This document shows positions 15,841-24,627 of a stretch of DNA of 44,106 bases, one piece after another. The stretch comes from a virus: the IMG/VR virus record IMGVR_UViG_3300042934_000260, positions 1-44,106 of that record, one strand, 5' to 3'. The translations under genes were made by a program, and so were the position numbers. Below the pieces are notes generated by a model. That model had not been told where the DNA came from and searched no databases. It saw only the letters and a program-made list of their open reading frames with translations. The stretch's first letter is position 1; each line of letters begins with the position of its first letter.

Positions 15841-18800
15841 ATGGGGTTTTTGGATGAGGAACGCAAACGGTTGTTGAATCAGAAGGAGAGCGGAGGGAGC
15901 GGGAACGGGTCCGCTCTCTCTTTTTTGGATCGGGAGCGTACGCGTCTTAACACAGGGCTGTCGCTTTCGCCGGATGGACAGTCCAAGCTGAAAGCGCAGC
16001 AGCAGCGCAAGACAACGGTAGAGTCCAAAGTGCCGAACATCGGAGATCCGACCGCGGCTCTGCGTAATTTGCCGAAGCAGATCCAAGATGGGATGGCCGG
16101 ACCTGATCCGGGTCCGAATGCTTCGCAGGAAGAACGCGATGCTTGGGCCATGAAGAAAATGAAAGAAGACGTCGCGAAGATCCAGCGGGAGAAGAATCAG
16201 AAGGCTGCCGCTCCGCCTGCGCCAGCTCCACAAAAGAACGGATTCTTCGATACGATCGGGAACTTGTTCAACCCGAAAAGTTACAGTCCCGACAACATCC
16301 CAAAGAACTTGGAGACGCCGCAGTTGAAACCGGTTCGGGAAGCTTTGGGGTTCGCGGAGAACACGGTAGATTCGGCGACGTTCGGTGCATTGCCGTTCGC
16401 TTTCGACCAAGCGCGTAAAATCCCGGGCTCGCAGTATCTGCTCAACTCGCAGGCGAATACAGACATCACAAGCAGAGCGGCTAAAGCCCAGGAAGGGACG
16501 GCATTGGGCACAACCGCTGACTTGTTGGGCGCTTTGGTCCCTTACGCTGGCGCTTACCGGGCAACGGGCGGACTGGCTCGTGCAATCAATACAGGACGCG
16601 GCCCCATTGCTTCCAACTTCGTACGCGGTACGCTGGCCGGCGGCGCTTATGGTACAGCGAATGAGCTGGGAGAAGCAGCTTTCGGCAAAAATGACCAATC
16701 GCTCCCGCAAAGATTGCAGGACATCGGTATTAGCGCTGCTCTGGGTGGCGCTGGAGACGCCGCTGTTAGTGCGGCACTCCCGTTCCTTGGACGCGCGGCG
16801 CAGAAGTATCTGCCGGGATTCCGCAGTACACCAGACGCCCCAGCTAACCCTTTGGCGCTTCCGCCTGGTCGATCTCCGGGAGTACAGAACCGAATGAATG
16901 CGGCCGCACAGCGTAGCGTAAATGCGCCTGGAACAAACCCAATCGCAGAACCCTATACATTCGGCCTCCCTTCTGCAGCTCGTTCCGTGGACGATGTGCT
17001 GCGCGCTCCAGATCCGCAGCAACTCGCTACCAGTCGTTCCGGAGCGCGAGTCAATGAAGAGTACCAGAAGCTCCGAGCATCCGTTCAAACACAGCGCGCA
17101 GCGGGTCAACCGACGCCAACGAACCGCGAGCTGTACGAGCAGGCGAAGGCACGTGTCGACGAAGTTCCGGAACCGGTTCGCCCCGAGAGTCCTGCGGTGC
17201 AAGCTGCACAGCCTCAAATCGCAGCGCCTAGAACTGCAGCAGCGCCTGAACGTCCAGTCGCGACGGTAGAATCCTATGACCGAGCGCTGGCTAATGGAGA
17301 TACGGAAGCGATGCGCCAGATTGCTCCCGATATCGCCGAGAAGATGGCGGCTTATCCCGGAGATCTTTCGCAGATCCCGACCTTCCTTCGCGGAAAGATG
17401 TACAACCAGTTGGGAATCAACAAGAGAGCACCTTCCAATCTGCCGCGTGAAGCGGATCTTGCGCCGGAACCTAATCGCACGCCTGAACCGCGTATCAACG
17501 CACAAACGGGGCCACAGCCGCGCAACATGGTCGATCAGCGTGTTCCAATGCCAAACAATTCGTTGCTCGAACGTCCGATTGTGCCGCGCGAACCGGCCAA
17601 GATTGATCCTTTGATCGGGAATGCTAATCCATCCACACTCGGCGTCGGAGAGATCGCTGATAATGTTCAGGGTATCGCTGCTCGCAACTTGCTTCCAGGT
17701 ATGACAGAGAAGCTGGCATATCGATATCCACTCAATGATACAAGATCACATCTTCGCTCCGTCACGGATAAACCCGCTATTGACTACGGGAAGTTAGGGA
17801 ACAAAATCTACACAGACTGGGTTGACGACCTTTTCCCAATTCGTCAAATGACCAGTCAAGCCCAGAAAGTCATGGGCAGGGTTTTGGAGGCTGGAGAAGA
17901 CCCTTATATGATGTCACTGGCTGCTCGCGGTTCTGATATGACTTCACGTGAAATTTTGCTGAATAAATTCGTCAATCTTAAAGGCGAAGTGGTCGGAGAC
18001 TCATTCAAAGGGATTCTAAGTCAGCTGCCAAAAGGACGTTCTGCACGAACTGATTTTGAAGACTACTTGCTCAATAAACAAGCGATCTTTAGATTTGGAC
18101 AAGGAGAAAAAGTGTTCCCAGACCGGATGGAGTGGACACCTCAAAAAGCTCAAGACAAAATCGTTACGTATGATGCTCAATACCCAATGTTTAAAAAGGT
18201 TGCTGACGACCTGTATGGATTCCAAGGAAACCTACTGGATCTACTGGTTGATGGTGGCGTTCTTTCTCGCGCTCAAAAAGCAGCTTGGATTGAGGCTAAC
18301 CCAGAGTACATTCCGAATAAACGTTGGTTCTCGGATCTGGAAAAAGGTGTGGCTGGTGGATTTGGGGGCGGAGGTAAATCTATCGCCAACGTATCGAATC
18401 CGATCAATAAGCGTAGAACAGGCAATACACCGGAAGTTTCTGCCGCAAAGGCGACGGATAAAGACGTCAAAGCGCTTGATGGGGGATCTCAACGCCCGAT
18501 CATTTCGCCAATCGAAGCAATCATTGAGAACACCGACAAGTTTGTAAAAGCAGCAAATCGAAATAAGGCTATGCAGCAGTTTTATAAGCTCATTGCTGAA
18601 AATCCAGACGACTTGTCTGCATTCGCTACTGTCATAAAGAAAGACGGAGAACCATTGCCGGGTGATATTGAGGATCTGGTAGATGTTTTGACTGGAGACC
18701 TCACGAAATCAGCAGCTACTGTCTTTAAAGTAGACAAAGACAATATCGTACGTGTCATGGTTGGCGGTCAGCCCGCTCGACTTAAAATCAATGACAAAGC

Positions 18801-20358
18801 GACATTGGAATCGTTGCTTGCGCTCGGGCCGCAAACATCGGGCATGATCATTGATGGAATCGGTAAACTGACATCCAATTTCAAGATGGTTACAACTGGC
18901 GTTAGCCCAACCTTCTCGATATTGCGAAACGCGCCGCGTGACTTTGTTCAAGCATTCGCCGCTTCTAAAACGACAAACAATCCTATCGAGTTTGCTGCAG
19001 ACTACGTTTCTGCAATGGGTCAAATCCTCAAAAGAGGAGGAGGGGCTGATTATCAACTCTTCAAGTCACTTGGTGGCGGACATTCATCCAGTGTGGCGGC
19101 TGATCGTAACCTTGTAGCTGCCAGCAAACGCGCGATTTCCAACAACAGACTCAGCCCAAAAGAAACGTTAGGCCGAGGATGGGATAAGTATGGGAACGTT
19201 TTGAACGCCGTAGAATCTGCACCGCGTCTCGCAGAATTCAACCGCATTCGAAAATCCGGAGGAAGCAACGAGCGTGCTTTGTTTGAAGCCAACGATATCA
19301 CGGTCAACTTCAAACGTAAGGGTAAATTAGGTCGGGATTTTGACAAGGTTTTCCCTTACTTCAATGCCGCCCTTCAAGGCATGGATAAAAACGTGAGAAT
19401 GTACGCAAACCCAAAAACTTTGCTTCCAGCTTTAATAAAGTCTTTTGTGAGTATGACGGTTCCTTCTATCGCTTTGCATTACGTCAATGCCAATGATCCT
19501 AATTATCAAAAAATTTCCGAAAGAGAGAAGGACACTTATTGGCATGTCCCCAAGCCGGACGGAACGTTTTGGAAAATTCCGAAGCCAAGAGAAATAGGCG
19601 TTATTTTCTCTGATATTCCAGAACGCGCACTAAGACAATTTAGGCTGAATGACCCGGCAGCTTGGGAAAGGTTTGGTGAAACGGTTAGAGTTGCTTTTTC
19701 TCCGCCAGGTATATCTTCTGCTATCAAACAAGGAGCAAGTATTCCGGATCGAATTGCAGGAGATACTATTTTTGGCCCATTAGTTCAACTATCATCTAAC
19801 AAAAACTTTGCAGGCAGTCCTATCGTTCCTGGATATCTCGAACGCCTTTCGCCTGAACTGCAGTCAGATGCCCGCACATCTTCGTTATCGAAAGAAATTG
19901 CGAATTGGCCCGGAGTAAAACTTTTGACGGACGGTTCGCCTAAGAAGATGGATTTCCTCATTAAAGCGTACACTGGATTTCTCGGTCAGTTAGGTCTCCC
20001 ACTTATTACGCCAAGCTCGGGATCAAGCGGCACTCTTGAACGCCAGCTCACATCTGACCCTGTATATTCGAACGATATCAGTACGGAATTTTACGAATAC
20101 AAAAACAAGCTCGACCAAGCGTATACAGATCGTGAGTACAAGAATCTTCCGAACTGGTACGACGACAGCTACCGTAAATACTTGAACAAGGTCAGTTCTG
20201 ATATGTCCGATATTCGCGGTCTGATGCGGGAAGTCCAAGAAGACAGCGGCCTTGGGAATCAAGAAAAAACCGAACAGCTGCGTGAGATGCAAGAATGGCT
20301 CAACGAAATGGGAGAAGAAGCGAACGCCAACTTGCGCGGCGTGATCCCAAGAAAGTAA
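15841..20358 (+). CDS. Giant internal virion/ejection protein (1505 aa)
   Basis: Largest ORF, following the 811-aa protein. The N-terminal ~570 aa are Pro/Ala/Gln-rich and low in complexity. The C-terminal ~900 aa look globular. Confidence 0.55.
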   Translation: MGFLDEERKRLLNQKESGGSGNGSALSFLDRERTRLNTGLSLSPDGQSKLKAQQQRKTTVESKVPNIGDPTAALRNLPKQIQDGMAGPDPGPNASQEERDAWAMKKMKEDVAKIQREKNQKAAAPPAPAPQKNGFFDTIGNLFNPKSYSPDNIPKNLETPQLKPVREALGFAENTVDSATFGALPFAFDQARKIPGSQYLLNSQANTDITSRAAKAQEGTALGTTADLLGALVPYAGAYRATGGLARAINTGRGPIASNFVRGTLAGGAYGTANELGEAAFGKNDQSLPQRLQDIGISAALGGAGDAAVSAALPFLGRAAQKYLPGFRSTPDAPANPLALPPGRSPGVQNRMNAAAQRSVNAPGTNPIAEPYTFGLPSAARSVDDVLRAPDPQQLATSRSGARVNEEYQKLRASVQTQRAAGQPTPTNRELYEQAKARVDEVPEPVRPESPAVQAAQPQIAAPRTAAAPERPVATVESYDRALANGDTEAMRQIAPDIAEKMAAYPGDLSQIPTFLRGKMYNQLGINKRAPSNLPREADLAPEPNRTPEPRINAQTGPQPRNMVDQRVPMPNNSLLERPIVPREPAKIDPLIGNANPSTLGVGEIADNVQGIAARNLLPGMTEKLAYRYPLNDTRSHLRSVTDKPAIDYGKLGNKIYTDWVDDLFPIRQMTSQAQKVMGRVLEAGEDPYMMSLAARGSDMTSREILLNKFVNLKGEVVGDSFKGILSQLPKGRSARTDFEDYLLNKQAIFRFGQGEKVFPDRMEWTPQKAQDKIVTYDAQYPMFKKVADDLYGFQGNLLDLLVDGGVLSRAQKAAWIEANPEYIPNKRWFSDLEKGVAGGFGGGGKSIANVSNPINKRRTGNTPEVSAAKATDKDVKALDGGSQRPIISPIEAIIENTDKFVKAANRNKAMQQFYKLIAENPDDLSAFATVIKKDGEPLPGDIEDLVDVLTGDLTKSAATVFKVDKDNIVRVMVGGQPARLKINDKATLESLLALGPQTSGMIIDGIGKLTSNFKMVTTGVSPTFSILRNAPRDFVQAFAASKTTNNPIEFAADYVSAMGQILKRGGGADYQLFKSLGGGHSSSVAADRNLVAASKRAISNNRLSPKETLGRGWDKYGNVLNAVESAPRLAEFNRIRKSGGSNERALFEANDITVNFKRKGKLGRDFDKVFPYFNAALQGMDKNVRMYANPKTLLPALIKSFVSMTVPSIALHYVNANDPNYQKISEREKDTYWHVPKPDGTFWKIPKPREIGVIFSDIPERALRQFRLNDPAAWERFGETVRVAFSPPGISSAIKQGASIPDRIAGDTIFGPLVQLSSNKNFAGSPIVPGYLERLSPELQSDARTSSLSKEIANWPGVKLLTDGSPKKMDFLIKAYTGFLGQLGLPLITPSSGSSGTLERQLTSDPVYSNDISTEFYEYKNKLDQAYTDREYKNLPNWYDDSYRKYLNKVSSDMSDIRGLMREVQEDSGLGNQEKTEQLREMQEWLNEMGEEANANLRGVIPRK

Positions 20359-20369
20359 CCACAGCTCAA

Positions 20370-20400
20370 GCCTCGCCCTAACCGGCGGGGCTTTTCATAT
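20370..20400 (+). terminator. Rho-independent terminator ending the structural operon
   Basis: Stem GCCTCGCC / GGCGGGGC, loop ctaacc, then TTTT. Confidence 0.7.
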
Positions 20401-20430
20401 ACCTACAAATAGATGAGGGGAGCTTGGCCC

Positions 20431-20871
20431 ATGGTTGATGTTGATACTTCGGGGGAAGATCGGCAAGGAGGGAGCGATGATGTAGTGCCTGTACAACGTC
20501 TGGAAGACGTAGAAAAGAGGCTGGCAAACTTGGCAGACGAGTTCACACGACAAGCGGGTGAATCGGTGGCAGCATCTAGGAGAATCGAAGCACTGGAAGC
20601 CGCAGACGCCCGGCATGATGAAAGCATCCGCCAGATGAAGGAGTCCACGCAGAAGATGGAACTGTTGTTCAACCGCATTACGCAACAGTTGGACAACCAG
20701 GATATGAAGCTGTTCCAACTGCTGCAGCAAGGTCAAAAGGAAGGCGCAAGCGAACGTACAGCCATGGCGAAGGAACGAACGGCAACGCTCAAAGACTTTC
20801 TCAAGTTCGCGACCTGGCTAATCGGCGGTACGCTTTTCGTCATCATCGCAAAAATATTCTTTGTACCATGA
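20431..20871 (+). CDS. xhlA: XhlA-like lysis-associated membrane protein
   Basis: N-terminal coiled coil plus a single C-terminal TM segment (FATWLIGGTLFVIIAKIFFV). First gene of the lysis cassette. An alternative start is ATG 20413. Confidence 0.55.
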   Translation: MVDVDTSGEDRQGGSDDVVPVQRLEDVEKRLANLADEFTRQAGESVAASRRIEALEAADARHDESIRQMKESTQKMELLFNRITQQLDNQDMKLFQLLQQGQKEGASERTAMAKERTATLKDFLKFATWLIGGTLFVIIAKIFFVP

Positions 20872-21761
20872 GGGAGGGAATTCCTGTGTCCTATAACATC
20901 ATTCAAAGAGGAAACGAGCACACAAATAGCAGCGACAGAGACAAGCGAACGCCGACAGTGATCGTCAACCATATCAGTGCGGGCAGTATGGAATCCATGG
21001 ACAGTTGGTTCCGCTCGTCGGGAAATAAAAAAAGTTCGGCACATTACGCTGTAGCAAAAGACGGTCGTATTTATCAGTACGTTGATATTCGTCGCATGGC
21101 TTGGACGCAAGGACTTACAGTCGACCGGATTGCCTTTGCTACAGCTCCGATCATCCGAGAGCACTCACGAACGAATCCGAACAAGTACTGCATCGGGATC
21201 GAACACGAAGGCACGGACGGCGAATTGACAGAGGCGCAGTTCGCTGCGAGTGTCTGGCTTCACAAACATATCCAGGCAGAAGTGAAGCGAATTTACGGGC
21301 ACACAATCGATCTGACGCCGCGTTATGTGATCGGTCACTGCCAAGTAGATCCGAAGCGGAAACCATTTTGTCCGGGTCCGCGTTTCCCATGGCCCCGGCT
21401 ATATGCAGCACTAGCAAAACCAGAAACCTCTCCGCCGAAAGTTTCTGACGCTCCGAAAGTCGTACAGATCCTCGAAAACGGGGCGTCCATTCGTAGCGAA
21501 GAAGGAACTGGACTGATCTTCGACGGCGCCGCATACGCACGTCTAACACTGCTTGCACGGATTTTTGGTGCGCAGGCAACGTCACGTTGGGATAATTCGG
21601 AGAAGGCAGCTTACTTCAACGGACGCAAAATTGCGTCGGCTCAAGTCTATGAAGGTCGCGCATATATTCCCGTACGTCCGATCGTTGAATCATATGGTGC
21701 TCGTGTTAAATGGGATGGAAAAGGTCCGGTAATTGATATCATTAAGGAGGCGAAACAATAA
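20868..21761 (+). CDS. Endolysin: N-acetylmuramoyl-L-alanine amidase (Amidase_2/PGRP) with Cu-amine-oxidase-N-like wall-binding domain
   Basis: Carries VNHISAG, SAHYAV, IGIEHEG and HCQVDP..KPFCPGP motifs. The C-terminus GRAYIPVRPIVESYGARVKWDG looks like a stalk/binding repeat. An alternative start is GTG 20886. Confidence 0.85.
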   Translation: MREGIPVSYNIIQRGNEHTNSSDRDKRTPTVIVNHISAGSMESMDSWFRSSGNKKSSAHYAVAKDGRIYQYVDIRRMAWTQGLTVDRIAFATAPIIREHSRTNPNKYCIGIEHEGTDGELTEAQFAASVWLHKHIQAEVKRIYGHTIDLTPRYVIGHCQVDPKRKPFCPGPRFPWPRLYAALAKPETSPPKVSDAPKVVQILENGASIRSEEGTGLIFDGAAYARLTLLARIFGAQATSRWDNSEKAAYFNGRKIASAQVYEGRAYIPVRPIVESYGARVKWDGKGPVIDIIKEAKQ

Positions 21762-22033
21762 TGGACGCATTCGGAACAGTCTTGCCATTCGCGACCGCCT
21801 TGGCCGTACTGGTGACCGCCTTGGTTCAGCTCGTCAAGAAGACATTCAAGATCCCCAAAAACTATATCCCGCTGATCGGACTCGGCATCGGTCTGCTGAT
21901 TGGCTGGGCAGCTTATCCGTTTACCGACTTGGAGACCGTGCGAAGAGTGTGGGCCGGCGGCTTCGCGGGCTTGGGCGCAACCGGCCTATTCGAACTGCTG
22001 CAGAACCGACCAGGCACCACAAAAGAGAAATAA
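21761..22033 (+). CDS. Holin (90 aa, two to three TM segments, charged C-terminus)
   Basis: TAATG overlap with the endolysin gene. Hydrophobic segments are VLPFATALAVLVTALV and IPLIGLGIGLLIGWAA. The tail is basic and polar. Confidence 0.7.
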   Translation: MDAFGTVLPFATALAVLVTALVQLVKKTFKIPKNYIPLIGLGIGLLIGWAAYPFTDLETVRRVWAGGFAGLGATGLFELLQNRPGTTKEK

Positions 22034-22038
22034 AAAAG

Positions 22039-22070
22039 AGCCCTACCCTTATTGGGTGGGGCTTGTTTCT
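22039..22070. terminator. Bidirectional terminator between convergent genes
   Basis: An A-run, then stem GCCCTACCC / GGGTGGGGC with loop ttatt, then a T-rich run. Confidence 0.7.
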
Positions 22071-22488
22071 ATTTCAATCCATCAATTGCTTTAGCTTCAT
22101 TCCAAAGCTGATAAGGAGAAATAGCGCCTGCTAAGTATTTGTTCACGGATATATACGCGATTGCTTGTCCGTCATACACAATAACCGGAGGAGCATACGA
22201 ATAAGGGTTGAAAGCACTACCGCTCATATACTTACTTCCATAAGTTCCGTACGGGTTCCAGATGCTGGTGGTCGAGTATTTGCTGCCATAATTTCCGTAC
22301 TTGTTGAAAATTGATTCCGAGTCGTATTTGTTTGTCGATAGAGTACCTAAGAACTCGGATCCATCATTCGAATAAACCTCGAATTCGGAAGACACCATCA
22401 CACTCGTTGCTGCTTCAGTTTGTGCAGGTGCCGCAAAACCAAAGGTTAACAAAACAACGAATAGAAGCAGAATAGATTTTTTGTTCAA
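22069..22488 (-). CDS. Secreted repeat protein (moron): signal peptide plus SxWNxYGxYGSKY repeats
   Basis: Signal peptide MNKKSILLLFVVLLTFGFAAPAQTEA|A. About 2.7 copies of a 16-aa repeat. RBS aaggaggtga precedes a TTG start. AT-rich. Confidence 0.7.
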   Translation of the reverse strand: MNKKSILLLFVVLLTFGFAAPAQTEAATSVMVSSEFEVYSNDGSEFLGTLSTNKYDSESIFNKYGNYGSKYSTTSIWNPYGTYGSKYMSGSAFNPYSYAPPVIVYDGQAIAYISVNKYLAGAISPYQLWNEAKAIDGLK

Positions 22489-22861
22489 AATTTCACCTCC
22501 TTATAGTATATATCGACACTTTAGCAGAAAAAGGAATAGCGGGCTAGACGCCCACTTGTTCGCTTGATATAATAAAGTCGATCCGGAAGCACCGGTCCCC
22601 GTCGAAAGCATCGGCGGGCTTATTTTTATTTGTCACGTGATTTATCACATTTTCTCTGTTTATGGTTGTCTATGGCTGTTCATCAAAAACGCTAAAATTG
22701 AATATCTACGCGGTAATCATAGAAATATAAGCCATGGTTGTTTACCTTCGTTCACCGCCATGTTATAATATTCATAACATAAATAACGACGTATAAGCCT
22801 TATAAACCCTGTGTTCATAGGGGTATAAGGCCGGTAATTCAATTTAATTATCACAAAATTA
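22489..22861. other. Non-coding, AT-rich region downstream of int; candidate attP
   Basis: 373 bp with no ORF, next to the integrase 3' end. Contains repeated TATAAGCC/TATAAGGCC and ATGGTTGT motifs and an orphan hairpin-terminator. Confidence 0.5.
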
Positions 22862-24076
22862 TCACGAATCCTGCAAAATGGGCTCTTCAAAAGGCTTTTC
22901 CAGGATGTCTTTAAACGCCACGCGGATCTTCTCGTCGGCGTTTTTTTGCATGATTTTGGTCACGTGAGTATAGACCCGCAGAGTGGTTTTAGAATCCTCG
23001 TGTCCGATACGTTGCATGATCGTTTGCAGATCAACGCCCGCTTCGGCCAGCATGCTGACGTAGGTGTGTCGGAAGATGTACGGAGTGAATGTTTTAGTGA
23101 TCGCGGTATACTTCATTAGGCGCTGGAAGCGGCTCCTTAAATGATAGCTGTTATAAGGCCATCCGCTTTTACGCCTAAAGATGAATTGTGCTTCGTGCTC
23201 CGGTCGATGGGCTTTGTCGATCGCCTTCCATTTCTTAATGTAGGCATCGAGCATTTGCACGACAATTTCGTCGATGGTGAAAGACCGTATGCCTGCAGGT
23301 GTTTTGGGAGGGGTGAGCTCATATCGAAACATATTGAGTTTTTCGTGATAAATCGTTTTGGTGATTGATATTCTGTTTTCCTCCACAATGAGATCCTGGT
23401 ATTTAAGGGCGAACATTTCACCAGGACGCATACCGCTGAACATTTCAAGGAAGATCATTTCGAAGTCGCCTTCCAGCCCGTGATTCTTCGCAGCATCAAT
23501 GATCTGGTGCAGCTCATCCCGATTCAGGTATTCATCCTCAACGCTCGAGTTTTCAATGTCTTCGACCGTTACCGTACGCTTAGGCATCATGCTGCCCAAT
23601 GCAGGGTTGTCCAACAGGACCTTGTTTCGAATGCCGTATTTGAAAACCATGTTAGCCGTGGCATGGGTCTGCTCGATCGTGCTGCGTGAGTATCCTTCAT
23701 CATCCATCTTGTTCAATGCCTTCTGGTGCACGTTGTGTGTAATGCGCGATATAGGCATCTTGCCGTAGTAGTTATTGAGGAATCTCAAGAAATGCCGCCG
23801 CAGCCGCAAGGTGTTCCGCTTGACTCCGCTTTTCGAATAGGTCTCGTACCATTCCCATCCCACTTCTTCGAACGTGATCCGATCGGCCTGCTTTTCGTGG
23901 ATGCCCTTACTAAGCAGCGCAATGGCCGTATCTACATTAGCCTCGGCTTCCCGCTTCGTATCTGCGCGCCGGCGCACTTGCTTACGTTTGCCGGTTGCCG
24001 AATCAAGCGGTCCGTCCTTCACACACTCCCACTTATAACCCTGCTTGTTCTTGGCAGCGACCTTCTTGAACGCCAT
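22862..24076 (-). CDS. int: Tyrosine integrase (site-specific recombinase, phage integrase family)
   Basis: C-terminal catalytic signature FRHTYVSMLAEAG...IGHEDSKTTLRVYTHV and an upstream GMRPGE Arg. The probable start is ATG 24076 (MAFKKV...) with RBS gggaga. Confidence 0.9.
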   Translation of the reverse strand: MAFKKVAAKNKQGYKWECVKDGPLDSATGKRKQVRRRADTKREAEANVDTAIALLSKGIHEKQADRITFEEVGWEWYETYSKSGVKRNTLRLRRHFLRFLNNYYGKMPISRITHNVHQKALNKMDDEGYSRSTIEQTHATANMVFKYGIRNKVLLDNPALGSMMPKRTVTVEDIENSSVEDEYLNRDELHQIIDAAKNHGLEGDFEMIFLEMFSGMRPGEMFALKYQDLIVEENRISITKTIYHEKLNMFRYELTPPKTPAGIRSFTIDEIVVQMLDAYIKKWKAIDKAHRPEHEAQFIFRRKSGWPYNSYHLRSRFQRLMKYTAITKTFTPYIFRHTYVSMLAEAGVDLQTIMQRIGHEDSKTTLRVYTHVTKIMQKNADEKIRVAFKDILEKPFEEPILQDS

Positions 24077-24551
24077 TTCCCATTCTCCCTTCATATAAAT
24101 GTCCACGCGCTTGAATCATTTCGACCCTTCGTGCAGCAACGTCGATCGGTAGCGCAAAAGTTTCCGCCAACAACCATGTGTATTCCATCCACGTCCTCTG
24201 TGGAGCCGGCAGGAGCGCGTAGGGCATCGCTGCGACAAGCTGGAAGCGTCTGGCCTGCCACTCTTGGTATTGCACCATAAGCGGGTGTAAGCCACGCTGT
24301 CGGCCGTCATGCAAGGCGATGTGTCCAAGCTCGTGATAAAAGTCTGCACGCTGCTGCTCCGGGCTAGTCCTGTTGTCCAGCGAAACAATTCGAAAACCTG
24401 CAGCCCAATAAGAGAATGCTGGAAGCGCGTTGTAAATGACCTGAATGCCCCAAATCGCCGCAATCAAGTGAAAATCAAGGTAGAATCCGTGTTCGGCGTA
24501 TACGTCGCAGATCCAAACATCCGCGACCGTCGGCTGGTAACCTTGCAGCAT
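24033..24551 (-). CDS. immA: ImmA/IrrE-family zinc metallopeptidase (anti-repressor protease)
   Basis: HEXXH motif in FYHELGHIALHD. About 170 aa, directly downstream of the XRE repressor, as in ImmR/ImmA modules. Confidence 0.8.
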   Translation of the reverse strand: MLQGYQPTVADVWICDVYAEHGFYLDFHLIAAIWGIQVIYNALPAFSYWAAGFRIVSLDNRTSPEQQRADFYHELGHIALHDGRQRGLHPLMVQYQEWQARRFQLVAAMPYALLPAPQRTWMEYTWLLAETFALPIDVAARRVEMIQARGHLYEGRMGNGVQEGRCQEQAGL

Positions 24552-24599
24552 AAAAAGACCCCCTAATGGGAATATATGTTCTCTGTAAGTGTAAAAAGA

Positions 24600-24627
24600 A
24601 ACGGCCCCGCGGTTTGAGGGCCGCCTT
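24600..24627 (-). terminator. Hairpin/partial terminator between the repressor and immA
   Basis: Stem CGGCCC / GGGCCG, flanked by an A-run and a T-run. Confidence 0.4.

Noticed and set aside
15802-17505. 567-aa ORF on the - strand, and similar long antisense ORFs at 1736..2851, 4441..5607, 13325..14188 and 33828..34838
   Set aside because: Each lies entirely antisense to a + strand gene with clear homology or context (giant ejection protein, portal, capsid, 811-aa protein, RusA/Dcm-like region). Their translations are Arg/Leu/Cys/Ser-rich nonsense typical of the reverse frame of GC-rich coding DNA. They lack RBSs.
21733-22134. Alternative-frame ORFs overlapping the holin gene (21733..22134 and 21900..22094)
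   Set aside because: They are Arg-rich out-of-frame products. The holin frame has TM segments, TAATG coupling to the endolysin gene and a terminator directly after its stop.
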